A DNA stretch of 64,000 bases from assembly GCA_030141605.1 (NCBI GenBank), contig JAQGDQ010000440.1, forward strand, positions 123,550 through 187,549, written 5' to 3'. The translations under genes were made by a program, and so were the position numbers. Shown piece by piece: positions 9,128 through 19,754 of the stretch. Source of the DNA: Tubiluchus corallicola (lineage: Eukaryota > Animalia > Priapulida). Positions within the stretch are counted from its first letter, which is position 1. Every line of letters starts with the position of its first letter. The notes beneath the pieces were generated by a model, which was given only the letters and a program-made list of their open reading frames with translations, had not been told where the DNA came from and made no database searches.

Positions 9128-11005
9128 GTGAATGACATTATTCAGTTATTACCTGACTCTGTAGCAAATCAAATTGCTGCAGGAGAGGTGATACAGCGCC
9201 CTTCTTCTGTCGTAAAAGAATTAGTTGAAAACGCTGTTGATGCGAATTCCTCAGACATAAAAATAAATATAAAAGACTCTGGGCGCACCCTGATACAGGT
9301 AATCGACAATGGTAAAGGAATGTCTCCCACAGACTCCCGAATGGCGTTTGAAAGACATGCCACATCAAAAATAAAAGAGGCGAACGACCTTTTTGCAATT
9401 ACCACTATGGGATTCAGAGGTGAAGCACTGGCGTCAATAGCCGCTGTAGCTGATGTCGAATTGCGCACCAAAACAGCCGATGATGAGTTAGGCACCATCC
9501 TGCATATAACAGGGTCAAAGGTAAAAAAACAGGAAAGTGAAAGCTGCCCTCAGGGGTCAAATATATCTGTCAGGAAACTTTTTTTCAACGTTCCAGCACG
9601 AAGGAAATTTTTGAAGTCTCACAGTACTGAATTCAGACATATAGTAGTGGAAATACAGCGGATATCACTCGCAAACCCAGATATATCTTTTTCCCTGCTC
9701 AATAACGGTACACCTGTTTACGTCTTGCCAAAAGGTAATGTAAAACAGCGAATCGTATCTCTTTTTGGGAAAAAAATCAATCATAGCCTAATGCCTTTAC
9801 GAACAGACACAACCGTTGTAAAGGTGTCGGGGTACATAGGTGATCCTAAATTTGCAAAAAAGACTTTTGGAGAGCAGTTTTTCTTTGTAAACGGGCGCTT
9901 CATAAAACACCCCTATTTCCACAGAGCAATAATTCAGACATACGGCAAAACACTCCCTGCGGGGTTACTCCCTTCATACTTTGTGTGGCTAAATGTTGAC
10001 CCCGCTAATATTGATATAAATATCCATCCTACAAAAACAGAGATAAAATTTGAAGATGAGCAATCCATGTGGAGGATTATCAGCGCCTGCGTGCAAGAAG
10101 CACTGGGAAAGTTTAATGTTGTCCCCTCCATTGAATTTGACCAAGCAGGTGCAGTCGATATCCCTTTACCGCCTTCAACAGGTACTACAATCCCTGAGCC
10201 CAAAATAGCTGTTAACCCCGGATATAACCCTTTTGAAAGAGAAAATAAACCTGTCGACTATACGGCAAAAAGTAGCTGGAATAAAAGGGATCCCAACCTT
10301 AATAACTGGGAAAAACTTTATGAAGGGTTTGACAAGCAAACTGCCACCACAAAGAGAGACAGCACCGACCAGAAAAATGATAGCGATGAGACAAATTCTA
10401 TATGGCAGCAGGCACCAGATGCTCAGAAAGAGACAAGTATTGATAGATACAACTTTTTACAGGTAAAAAACAGATATATTCTCACTCCTGTAAAATCTGG
10501 GGTTATGATTATTGATCAAAGAAGAGCACATAAAAGAATCCTTTTCGAACACTTTACAAAGATTATCAATAGTGGGCACAATGCAGGCCAGCACCAACTA
10601 ATCCCCCAGGAAATAGAGGTAAATGCATCTGACGAAATAGTACTGAGTGAGATCATGGACAGTCTTAATGCAGTAGGGTTTGAGCTAAGAAAAGCAAAAG
10701 ATGGCGTTTACTACATTGATGCAATACCCTCTTCCCTAAATCAGCTCAACGGAAAAGAGCTAATAGAGAGTACAATCGAAAACTTCAAAACTTGCCCTGT
10801 AGATATTAAAGAGGAGGTTAATGAGCAGATAGCATACGCGCTTGCAAAATCTTCAGCAATAAATTACGGAACACACCTAGGCATGGAAGAGATCGTTGAA
10901 TTATTTGACAGCCTGTTTGCATGCCATATGCCAAGCACTACTCCATCTGGCAAGCCTGTGTTAACAATAATCTCCACAAAAGATCTGGGGAAAATATTAA
11001 AATGA
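9128..11005 (+). CDS. mutL: DNA mismatch repair endonuclease MutL
   Basis: NQIAAGEVIQRP, RHATSKI, GFRGEALASI; C-terminal IDQRRAHKRI. Confidence 0.97.
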   Translation: MNDIIQLLPDSVANQIAAGEVIQRPSSVVKELVENAVDANSSDIKINIKDSGRTLIQVIDNGKGMSPTDSRMAFERHATSKIKEANDLFAITTMGFRGEALASIAAVADVELRTKTADDELGTILHITGSKVKKQESESCPQGSNISVRKLFFNVPARRKFLKSHSTEFRHIVVEIQRISLANPDISFSLLNNGTPVYVLPKGNVKQRIVSLFGKKINHSLMPLRTDTTVVKVSGYIGDPKFAKKTFGEQFFFVNGRFIKHPYFHRAIIQTYGKTLPAGLLPSYFVWLNVDPANIDINIHPTKTEIKFEDEQSMWRIISACVQEALGKFNVVPSIEFDQAGAVDIPLPPSTGTTIPEPKIAVNPGYNPFERENKPVDYTAKSSWNKRDPNLNNWEKLYEGFDKQTATTKRDSTDQKNDSDETNSIWQQAPDAQKETSIDRYNFLQVKNRYILTPVKSGVMIIDQRRAHKRILFEHFTKIINSGHNAGQHQLIPQEIEVNASDEIVLSEIMDSLNAVGFELRKAKDGVYYIDAIPSSLNQLNGKELIESTIENFKTCPVDIKEEVNEQIAYALAKSSAINYGTHLGMEEIVELFDSLFACHMPSTTPSGKPVLTIISTKDLGKILK

Positions 11006-11066
11006 TAACTAAAGCCAAACTATTCACTATTTTGGTTACTTTTGGAGCAATTTTTGACAATATAAT

Positions 11067-11885
11067 ATGACACAATACAGGCCACTATCCTCCATCCCTC
11101 CGGTAGTAAAAAATCTTATTCTTATCAATATATTAATGCTGGTTGCTATCTGGGCTCTCAATTCCACAGGTGCTAACATCGAAAAAAAACTGGCGCTATT
11201 CTACCCCGGGTCTGATGACTTTCGCCCATATCAGTTTATTACTCACATGTTTGTTCACGCCGGGATCTTTCATCTCTTTTTCAATATGTTTGCCCTATAC
11301 ATGTTTGGCCGCATCCTAGAGTCGGTATGGGGGCCAAAAAGATTCCTGTCCTATTACCTGATAACAGGACTTGGAGCTGCTGCATTGCACATATTTGTAC
11401 GCTACCTGGAAATATCGTCAATACAGCAAGCTGTTACAGCTTTTTCTAACACCCCTACCCCCGAACTGTTTAGAGGGCTGGTAAGTAAGCACTTTACCGG
11501 AATGTTTAACAGAAGTGAAGTTTATGAATTTATCAATAAATGGGAAGAGGTGCCCTCTTCTAGTATATACATAGAAAATGCAAAAGAGCTTGCAAACTAC
11601 GCGCTGGCAAGCAAAATCAATATCCCAAGTGTTGGAGCTTCAGGCGCTGTTTATGGGATATTGCTAGCTTTTGGAGTGCTATTCCCAAACACACAACTTA
11701 TGCTAATATTTCCGCCTATTCCAATAAAAGCTAAATACGCCGTTTTTATTTATGGAGCAATAGAATTATTTTGGGGAGTGACAAAAACAGGAAGTAATAT
11801 TGCTCATTTTGCTCACCTGGGTGGAATGGTTTTTGGATATATATTAATAATGTATTGGAGAAAAAACTCAAATAGCTTTTATTAA
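11067..11885 (+). CDS. Rhomboid intramembrane serine protease
   Basis: HLFFNM, VGASGA, AHFAHLGG. Confidence 0.93.
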   Translation: MTQYRPLSSIPPVVKNLILINILMLVAIWALNSTGANIEKKLALFYPGSDDFRPYQFITHMFVHAGIFHLFFNMFALYMFGRILESVWGPKRFLSYYLITGLGAAALHIFVRYLEISSIQQAVTAFSNTPTPELFRGLVSKHFTGMFNRSEVYEFINKWEEVPSSSIYIENAKELANYALASKINIPSVGASGAVYGILLAFGVLFPNTQLMLIFPPIPIKAKYAVFIYGAIELFWGVTKTGSNIAHFAHLGGMVFGYILIMYWRKNSNSFY

Positions 11886-11886
11886 T

Positions 11887-12804
11887 ATGAGTATTATTGA
11901 GGAAATAAAACATTCGTTTAAAAACGGATCATATCTTATAAAACTTATCTACATAAACATCACTGCGTGGATATGCATTTGTGCCATCTATCTGCTACTG
12001 TTCCTCTTTGGCTCTAAAAGTAGCTCCTTCTTGAACTATGGAACACTTCCTGCTTCATTTGACCTGTTCTTGCAGAAACCATGGTCAATAATCACATACA
12101 TGTTTCTTCATTTTGAGTTCCTCCACCTGCTCTTTAATATGCTATGGCTATACTGGTTTGGCCGCATTTTCCTTGAGTATCACGATCAACGCAAACTGCT
12201 CAGCATATACCTTCTGGGAGGCATTGTCGGAGGCGCTTTCTTTATGTTATCATACAACTTTTTTCCTGCCTTCCAAAAAGAGATAGAACTAACAACCCTG
12301 CTGGGAGCTTCAGCGTCAGTTGTAGCCATTGTCATAGCTACCTCTGTCTACGTTCCCAACCGTGCAATACATTTGATACTTATAGGCCCGGTAAAAATAA
12401 AATGGATCGCTACCCTGTCCATAGTAATCTACTTCCTAGGCTTGTCGGGTGGCAATGCAGGAGGACACTTTGCGCATTTGGGGGGAGCTTTTTGGGGATG
12501 GCTCTACATGTCAAGATTGCTAAAAGGCAAAGATCTTGCGCATGGATTTAGCAACTTCCTCGACAAATTTTTCATATGGTTCAAACCACGTGAAAAGTTA
12601 AATATTAAATATGGAGGGAAAGGCAAAACAGGTAAGAAAAAAACTGGCTACGAGACAAAAAATATCGATTATGAATATATCAAAAACAAAAGGTTACATC
12701 AAGAAGAAATAAACAAGATACTGGAAAAAATAAGTAAGTCAGGCTATGATAGCCTAACGCAAAAAGAAAAAGAGATGCTCTTTAAAATAGGGAAAAAACA
12801 TTAG
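11887..12804 (+). CDS. Rhomboid protease with soluble C-terminal domain
   Basis: HLLFNM, LGASAS, AHLGGA; C-terminal ILEKISKSGYDSL. Confidence 0.92.
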   Translation: MSIIEEIKHSFKNGSYLIKLIYINITAWICICAIYLLLFLFGSKSSSFLNYGTLPASFDLFLQKPWSIITYMFLHFEFLHLLFNMLWLYWFGRIFLEYHDQRKLLSIYLLGGIVGGAFFMLSYNFFPAFQKEIELTTLLGASASVVAIVIATSVYVPNRAIHLILIGPVKIKWIATLSIVIYFLGLSGGNAGGHFAHLGGAFWGWLYMSRLLKGKDLAHGFSNFLDKFFIWFKPREKLNIKYGGKGKTGKKKTGYETKNIDYEYIKNKRLHQEEINKILEKISKSGYDSLTQKEKEMLFKIGKKH

Positions 12805-13056
12805 ACTTAACTACCCCTTCAGACCCAAAAGCCTGTTTAAACCCGAAAAGATCAGGAAGCAGCCCAAACGCTAAACTTTCTGCCTCTCAATCCTACACCA
12901 TAGATCAAAACGACCATACACCTATGCTTAATATTGCTCTTCTTCAGCACCAAATCAATTTAGATTATACACAACCTAGTAAAACCGATACAAAACAGCT
13001 TTATTGAGCGATTTTACATCCCTCCAGCTCACTATCACAAACCAGAGTACTAGCCC

Positions 13057-13481
13057 GGGAATTAAACTGCAAGGATTACTGTATCCTCCGTGCAAAACCT
13101 TGCAGGTTATGGTAGGAAAATCGCCAAGCCAAAACCAGACAAACCTTACAAACTCTGTAAAACAGAAAAAACTGCCCTTAAAGGGTTTTGATAGAAAAAT
13201 AGCAAAAGGTGAAGCGAAAAAACCTTCTCTCTGCTTGAGCTTTTTTAAAGGCGAATTTGGGGGAAGATATCGAAGCCGTCAGCTCAGTTTTTCATCAAAA
13301 GCACTTACAGCACTTGATTTTTGACTCTTCTTTGTACCAAGAAGACACCACTTCAAAAACACACAACTGTATAATCGTCAATACGAGCTGTACACTTTTT
13401 CTAAGCCTCCAGAGGGACTATATCCCAGATCAAAATATACAATTAGTAAATTTTGATCTCAACAAAAATTAATTCTTAAGG
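13057..13481 (+). repeat. Family B intergenic element, copy 1 (contains a nested insertion; left end uncertain)
   Basis: Colinear similarity to 39722-40013 over ~300 bp, ending in ttaattcttaagg in both. Confidence 0.85.
13181..13304. mobile_element. Family C 124 bp palindromic element nested in family B copy 1
   Basis: Absent from copy 2; flanked by TTA on both sides; imperfect TIRs aagggttttgatagaaaaa / tttttcatcaaaagcac. Confidence 0.75.
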
Positions 13482-13662
13482 GACAGACGACCATTTAATT
13501 TAGCGGAGGATCTATAGCATTACTCCTTTTACTCAAAAATATCTTTATTTCTTTACACCTGTAGGCCACGACCATTCACCAAACTCCCCCCTTAACTACA
13601 CATAGCTTTCACCTTATGTAAAACCCTCATGAAAAGCATATTAGAATAATGAACCCCCGTTG

Positions 13663-14919
13663 TTACATCAAGAAGCTCAGGAGTATGCCAGCCCCTACTG
13701 CCGAACCGATAACACCCGAAACATTTGGAGCCATAGCATGCATCAGTAAGTGGTTAGTAGGATCACTCTTTAGCCCCTCATGCTGTACTACACGAGCACT
13801 GTCAGGAACAGCTGAAACACCAGCAGCACCAATGAGAGGATTAATCTTATTGTCACCTTTAAGGAAGATATTCATAAGACGGGCAAAAAACAGTCCCCCC
13901 GCAGTAGCTACCATGAATGAAAGCGCCCCTAACCCAAATATCTTAAGAGAATTGATCGTCAAAAAATAATCAGCCTGTGTAGATGCACCAACAGTAACTC
14001 CCAGCAAGATGGTTACAATGTTTATCATTGAATTTCTTGCAGTGTTTGCCAACCTTTCAGTTACACCCGACTCCTTCATAAGGTTTCCAAAAAAGAGCAT
14101 CCCCAGCAACGGTATTGCAGATGGTGCAATAAAAGTAGTTAGCAACATCCCAAATATTGGAAAAAGAATCTTCTCTGTCTTCGATACCGACCTTGGAGGT
14201 TTCATTCTTATACAACGATCCTTTTTAGAAATAACAAGCCGCATAATAGGTGGCTGTATAACGGGTACCAAAGCCATATAGGAATATGCAGCAATAGCTA
14301 TTGCACCCATCAAATGAGGCGCAAGCTTTGACGATAAAAATATAGCTGTTGGCCCATCAGCACCACCAATAATACCTATTGCACCAGCCTCACCAAGGCT
14401 GAAACCTAAAGCCGACGCACCCAGAAATGTGGCAAATATTCCAATCTGTGCCGCAGCCCCCAAAAACATAAGCTTGGGGTTGGAGATAAGCGATGAAAAA
14501 TCAGTCATAGCACCAATACCCAAAAATATAAGAGGAGGGTATATACCCTTTTCCACCCCAAAATAGAGATAGTTCAATACAGAACCCTCTTCATAAACAC
14601 CCAGCTGATAATTTTCCAAAAATGGAATATTGCCCAGTATTATACCTGTCCCTATAGGTACAAGCAATAACGGTTCATAATTGTATTTGATAGCCAGAAA
14701 TATAAAAACCAGCCCCACCCCAATCATAATAAAATTGGTGACGTGAGCATTTGCAAATCCAGTAAACTGCCAAAATGTACTTATTCCTTTAATTGCTGCG
14801 CTCCCCTCCGACTCACCTATGGCAGCAGAAACATCCAGGCCTCCAAAAGCCATTTTTACAAACACCGTTACTGCAAAGACACATATTAATATGATAAACT
14901 TCCTCATGGTACTACTCAA
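13663..14919 (-). CDS. mmdB: Na+-translocating methylmalonyl-CoA decarboxylase beta subunit (start may be 14907)
   Basis: GIIGGADGPTAI, AYSYMALVP, GAAGVSAVP; polytopic. Confidence 0.93.
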   Translation of the reverse strand: MSSTMRKFIILICVFAVTVFVKMAFGGLDVSAAIGESEGSAAIKGISTFWQFTGFANAHVTNFIMIGVGLVFIFLAIKYNYEPLLLVPIGTGIILGNIPFLENYQLGVYEEGSVLNYLYFGVEKGIYPPLIFLGIGAMTDFSSLISNPKLMFLGAAAQIGIFATFLGASALGFSLGEAGAIGIIGGADGPTAIFLSSKLAPHLMGAIAIAAYSYMALVPVIQPPIMRLVISKKDRCIRMKPPRSVSKTEKILFPIFGMLLTTFIAPSAIPLLGMLFFGNLMKESGVTERLANTARNSMINIVTILLGVTVGASTQADYFLTINSLKIFGLGALSFMVATAGGLFFARLMNIFLKGDNKINPLIGAAGVSAVPDSARVVQHEGLKSDPTNHLLMHAMAPNVSGVIGSAVGAGILLSFLM

Positions 14920-15331
14920 TTTCTATTAGAACATCATCTTGCAATACCGAATCACCAACCGCGACCTTAACAGCTTTCACAACACAATCAGCCTCTGCCA
15001 GCACATTATTCTCCATCTTCATCGCTTCCATCACTAACAGTTTATCACCCTTTGAAACAGCATCACCTTCACTAACAGCAATGCTCATTATCGTTCCAGA
15101 TAAAGGAGCCTTAACAGTTGCCTTTACTGCTGTCTTCTCAATCAAACCCTCTCCAGGCTTTTTTGATACTGGTTTGCGCACAAGCTTTGGGGTCTTTGTC
15201 TCTTTTACCTCCTTATGCACCTCCACACTGTATGGGGTACCATTCACCTCTATCTCAGCAATACCGCTCTCAAATTCACTTATCTGAACTTCGTAGTTAT
15301 TGCCACTTATAGTGAACTTGAATCTCTTCAT
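14912..15331 (-). CDS. mmdC: Biotin carboxyl carrier subunit
   Basis: EAMKMEN biotinylation motif; operon context. Confidence 0.9.
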   Translation of the reverse strand: MKRFKFTISGNNYEVQISEFESGIAEIEVNGTPYSVEVHKEVKETKTPKLVRKPVSKKPGEGLIEKTAVKATVKAPLSGTIMSIAVSEGDAVSKGDKLLVMEAMKMENNVLAEADCVVKAVKVAVGDSVLQDDVLIEIE

Positions 15332-15380
15332 CTTTTAAACAATTATGTAATATAGTATACAGAATAATATCCAACCAGCC

Positions 15381-15740
15381 CTATCGTTTAGGCCAATTAT
15401 CATAAACATTATATATTTTTGAACTCCATGGCGCATAACGCTTATGCACATTCTTGATTGTTACAACATTGCTCTCCTCATCATGGTTCTCATTCATGTA
15501 AAGATAAAGCGCCATTGCTATAGCTGCATTTACATTACCCTCTATACTCAACTCCTTTACACTTATACTCTTCCCCTCCCTCTTCATCTTTTTTCGAATA
15601 TTCAAATGCAACAACTTTGGTATCTGCGTAAAGATGATAACCAAAATAGAAAGTGACAATATCACAATACCAAATCCCACTATAGAAACAACATATTCAA
15701 AATTACTAATTGTGGAAAGCATTACATACAGTATTTTCAT
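15381..15740 (-). CDS. mmdD: OadG-family decarboxylase anchor subunit
   Basis: N-terminal TM helix, AAIAMAL, PWSSK; operon context. Confidence 0.85.
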   Translation of the reverse strand: MKILYVMLSTISNFEYVVSIVGFGIVILSLSILVIIFTQIPKLLHLNIRKKMKREGKSISVKELSIEGNVNAAIAMALYLYMNENHDEESNVVTIKNVHKRYAPWSSKIYNVYDNWPKR

Positions 15741-15755
15741 AACGACTAGCCTGTT

Positions 15756-17315
15756 TTATAAAGGAATATTAGAATGTTTCTTCGGAGGATTTGAAATTTT
15801 CTTAGTCGACAGCGCTTGAAGTCCACGTATGATCCTAAAACGAGTGTTTCGTGGCTCTATCACATCATCAATATAACCAAAAGATGCTGCTTGATAAGGG
15901 TTTGCAAAACTTTCATTATACTCCTTTTCACGCTCCGCTATAAACTTTGCCCTCTCTTCCTCATCAGAAATACTCTTTATTTTGCGCCCGTACAGCACCT
16001 CCACAGCCCCAGGAGCTCCCATAACCGCTATCTCGGCTGTTGGCCAAGCATAATTGAGATCACCCCTCAACTGCTTACACGACATCACATCATGCGCGCC
16101 ACCATACGACTTACGCAAAGTTACCGTAATCTTGGGAACAGTAGCCTCTCCATAGGCAAACATCAACTTTGCACCATGGGTAATAATACCGGCATACTCT
16201 TGCTTAGAGCCGGGAAGAAAGCCAGGTACATCAACCAGTGTAATAATGGGAATATTAAAGCAATCCAGAAAGCGTACAAAACGAGCGGCTTTCCTCGAAG
16301 CATCACAATCAAGCACTCCTGCAAGATAATCAGGCTGATTTGCAACAATACCAACGGGGTAGCCATCAAATTTTGCAAAACCAACCACAATATTTTTAGC
16401 ATAATTGCGATGAACTTCTAAAAACTCATTATTATCAACTACGGAATATATAACATCCTTAACGTTATAAGGCGTGTTAGGATTGTCGGGAATAATCTCG
16501 TTAAGAGCATCTTCCAAACGATCTATAGGATCATCACATGTTGTAGCAGGAGGTTCCTCAAGATTGTTCTGTGGTAAATACTCAAGCATCTTTCGTATAA
16601 GCAATACGCCCTCGTCCTCGTTTTCAACTAAAAAATGTGCCACTCCAGATTTGCGCGCATGCACCTCACCTCCACCAAGATCCTCCGTTGTTATATCCTC
16701 GCCCGTAACCATCTTCACAACCTTTGGCCCTGTAACAAACATATAGGAGTTTTTTTCCGTCATCATAGTAAAGTCCGTAAGCGCAGGCGAGTAAACAGCA
16801 CCTCCCGCACAAGGCCCGAAAATTGCAGATATTTGTGGAATAACCCCCGATGCAAGAATATTCCTCTCAAATATCTCGGCGTAACCGGCAAGCGAGGTAA
16901 CACCTTCCTGTATACGAGCACCTCCCGAATCATTTATCCCTATTAAAGGAGCTCCGGCATTCATTGCCATGTCCATAACCTTGCATATCTTTCGCGCAAA
17001 AGTTTCAGACAAAGAGCCTCCAAACACAGTAAAATCCTGAGAAAATATAAAAATCAATCTCCCATCAATAGTTCCGCGACCTGTAATTACACCATCACCC
17101 AAGAACTTCTTCTCCTCCATTTTAAAACTGGTACAACGATGTGTAACAAGCATATCAAACTCTTCAAAGCTTCCTTCATCAAGAAGCAGCTCAATACGCT
17201 CGCGAGCAGTCAACTTACCTTGTTGATGTTGTTTCTCTATCTTTTCCTCGCCACCACCCTGCTTTGCTGTTGCCCGAAGGCTAATTAACTTGTTTATCTT
17301 ATCCTGGTTGCTCAT
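15756..17315 (-). CDS. mmdA: Acyl-CoA carboxyltransferase (methylmalonyl-CoA decarboxylase alpha)
   Basis: [38 protein letters not shown]. Confidence 0.93.
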   Translation of the reverse strand: MSNQDKINKLISLRATAKQGGGEEKIEKQHQQGKLTARERIELLLDEGSFEEFDMLVTHRCTSFKMEEKKFLGDGVITGRGTIDGRLIFIFSQDFTVFGGSLSETFARKICKVMDMAMNAGAPLIGINDSGGARIQEGVTSLAGYAEIFERNILASGVIPQISAIFGPCAGGAVYSPALTDFTMMTEKNSYMFVTGPKVVKMVTGEDITTEDLGGGEVHARKSGVAHFLVENEDEGVLLIRKMLEYLPQNNLEEPPATTCDDPIDRLEDALNEIIPDNPNTPYNVKDVIYSVVDNNEFLEVHRNYAKNIVVGFAKFDGYPVGIVANQPDYLAGVLDCDASRKAARFVRFLDCFNIPIITLVDVPGFLPGSKQEYAGIITHGAKLMFAYGEATVPKITVTLRKSYGGAHDVMSCKQLRGDLNYAWPTAEIAVMGAPGAVEVLYGRKIKSISDEEERAKFIAEREKEYNESFANPYQAASFGYIDDVIEPRNTRFRIIRGLQALSTKKISNPPKKHSNIPL

Positions 17316-17357
17316 CGTGATATTTAATAACTGTAAAATGTATGGATAGTTGCATCG

Positions 17358-17759
17358 CTACTCGCTGCATAGCTCAGTTAATACCCCAAAGGTTGACTTA
17401 GGATGCAAGAAACCTATGTTCAGTCCCTCCGCACCCTTACGCCCACGCTTATCTATAAGCTGTAACCCACTCTCTTCTGCTTCTAATAGCGCCTTGTCAA
17501 CATTATCAACAGCAAAAGCCAAATGGTGAACACCCTCTCCCCTCTTAGCAATAAATTTGCCGACTGGCCCTTCAGGATCAGTTGGCTCCAATAACTCTAT
17601 TTTTGTGCTGCCCACTTTGAAAAAAGCCGTTTTTACTTTTTGCTCCGCAACTTCCTCTATAGCATAACACTTAACGCCAAGAAGCTTTTCATAACAGGGA
17701 ATTGCCTTATCCAGACTCTTAACTGCTATTCCAACATGTTCAATGTGCGAGGGTTTCAT
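17358..17759 (-). CDS. mce: Methylmalonyl-CoA epimerase
   Basis: IEHVGIAV, IELLEP, GEGVHHLAF, FLHPKSTFGVLTEL. Confidence 0.95.
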   Translation of the reverse strand: MKPSHIEHVGIAVKSLDKAIPCYEKLLGVKCYAIEEVAEQKVKTAFFKVGSTKIELLEPTDPEGPVGKFIAKRGEGVHHLAFAVDNVDKALLEAEESGLQLIDKRGRKGAEGLNIGFLHPKSTFGVLTELCSE

Positions 17760-17939
17760 AATCTTAACTTGAAAATTTATTTTATAATATTATGTTCTAA
17801 CTTTTAATGCACTCTTTTTAATATACACCCTTTATCCTTACTGATATGGAGTTGCAAATGCAAAGAAAATATTACCTGCATCTTTTAGCTCTCACGCATT
17901 CTTCATTAAAAAAAGCTTATTGTCAAAATATTCACACAA

Positions 17940-19244
17940 CTACTTTTTATCCATGTAAAAATGTGGACCAAATCGCTCAAATGCCGCCTTATCCAATGAT
18001 TCTCTATGATCAGGATGGGCAATAGATGTAAGCAATCGAGACCTCTCCTGCAACGTCTTGCCGTAAAGATTTACTTTCCCAAACTCGGTAACCACCCAGT
18101 GTACATTTGCTCGGGTAGTTACAACACCCGACCCTTGAATAAGAGTAGGAGATATCTTTGACACCCCATTGGACGTTACAGATGGAATAGCAATAATAGG
18201 CTTCCCTTCTCTTGAATGTCCTGCTCCACGTATAAAATCAATCTGCCCCCCAACACCAGAATAGTGTTTGGTGCCTATGGAGTCTGCGCAAACCTGGCCA
18301 GTAATATCAATTGCTAAAGCAGAATTGATAGCCGTTACTTTATCATTACGGCGAATAATATGTACATTATTTGTATGCGCCACATCCATCATAGCTACCT
18401 GTGGATTATCATCAATAAAGTTATACAACTTCTTCGATCCCATCAAAAATGAGGCAACCATCTTACCCTTATCAATGCTTTTGCGGCTTCCATTCACAAC
18501 ACCCTTCTCTACTAATGGCAATATACCATCAGCAAACATCTCAGTATGTACACCCAGGTCTTTATGATTATGCAACTGAGCAAGCACTGCGTTTGGAATA
18601 CCCCCAATGCCCATCTGCAAGCATGCCCCATCTTCAACCAGCTCTGCAACGTTCTTCCCTATCTGAATATCCGTTTCCGTAAGTGGAGCTGTATCATGCT
18701 CATAAAGCGGGGTATCGTCCTCTACAAAAATATCAATCTCCTTGGCAGGTATTATCGCATCACCCCATGCCCGTGGCACGTTAGGATTTACAGCAGCAAT
18801 AACAATATCTGAACACTCAACCGCAGCCAAGGTAGAGTCCACTGAGGTTCCCAAGGATACATAACCATGTTTATCAGGGGGAGAGCACATGATCATCACC
18901 ACATTCACCTTTAAATACCCCTCTCGAATAAGCTTCTGAGTCTCACTTAAAAAAACAGGGATGTAATCGGCGTGCCCATCCTGTGTTTGCTTTCTAAGAT
19001 TTGCACCCACAAAAAACTGTTCTGAAATAAAAACCCCCGCAAACTCAGGGTTGGCAAACTCAACTTTGCCCTCAATGTGTATATGTTGAATCTTTACGTT
19101 GCGAATCTCCCCTGCTCGGCCACGCTCAACCATCGGTTTAATCAACTTATGAGGCGTTACAGCCACACTACTTAAATGTACTCGGTCTCCCGACTTAATA
19201 ACTTTTACAGCCTCTTCAGTAGTAACATATCTAATAGGCTTCAT
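17940..19244 (-). CDS. Acetyl-CoA hydrolase/CoA-transferase family protein
   Basis: LQMGIGGIPNAV, GVHTEM, SGVGGQIDF, VVTEFG. Confidence 0.92.
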   Translation of the reverse strand: MKPIRYVTTEEAVKVIKSGDRVHLSSVAVTPHKLIKPMVERGRAGEIRNVKIQHIHIEGKVEFANPEFAGVFISEQFFVGANLRKQTQDGHADYIPVFLSETQKLIREGYLKVNVVMIMCSPPDKHGYVSLGTSVDSTLAAVECSDIVIAAVNPNVPRAWGDAIIPAKEIDIFVEDDTPLYEHDTAPLTETDIQIGKNVAELVEDGACLQMGIGGIPNAVLAQLHNHKDLGVHTEMFADGILPLVEKGVVNGSRKSIDKGKMVASFLMGSKKLYNFIDDNPQVAMMDVAHTNNVHIIRRNDKVTAINSALAIDITGQVCADSIGTKHYSGVGGQIDFIRGAGHSREGKPIIAIPSVTSNGVSKISPTLIQGSGVVTTRANVHWVVTEFGKVNLYGKTLQERSRLLTSIAHPDHRESLDKAAFERFGPHFYMDKK

Positions 19245-19374
19245 TCCTTACACAAAATATTTAAAATAAAGGCCAAAAAATCAACTAGTAGAACTAACAC
19301 TAAACACTATCGTGTCTTTAACTAAAAAATCCACCTTTACAGCCATTTTATCACATAAAAATATTATAACGTTG

Positions 19375-19382
19375 CAAATGTA
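19375..19382 (-). promoter_or_regulatory. -7 box (TACATTTG) for the CoA-transferase/mce/mmd operon
   Basis: TAnnTTTG consensus, ~130 nt upstream of the start codon. Confidence 0.55.
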
Positions 19383-19494
19383 TAACTATATTGTGGATTG
19401 AGAAAACTGTTCACTGTAACATTTACGTTATTTTTCTAAAATTTAATATTAAAAAATTGCTCCCTGAACAAAAATGCATAAAAACTGACGCAGC

Positions 19495-19636
19495 GAAGCC
19501 TTTGCAAAATGAAATGTTTTAGATTAGATTGAGGAAAAATTCAATAAAAAAACCGCAGCTTGCTAATGTAAATAAGAGTATTGAATAGGACTTAAATAAA
19601 AATATTAATAAAAAGATGAGTTTTGGCAAAAACCCC
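19495..19636 (+). repeat. Family A element
   Basis: gaagcctttgcaaaat...aaccgcagcttgctaatgtaaataag...gatgagttttggcaaaaacccc. Confidence 0.85.
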
Positions 19637-19754
19637 ACAACAGTAGAGCTAACAAAAAATAGTATAAATATACCCAAAGCTCCATTGTTCACATCTTATA
19701 CATATGAAAAATTATGAAGAATACTTGAGCTTTCGACTCTTATAGCAGCAACTA

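Noticed and set aside
13004-13472. 106 aa and 71 aa ORFs in the rhomboid-mmdB gap
   Set aside because: They run through family B/C repeats, have no motifs, and are not conserved in the second family B copy.
13506-13628. Possible very decayed reverse family A copy (similar hints near 12830-12915 and 22690-22780)
   Set aside because: Similarity is too weak by eye; needs a profile search. Not counted.
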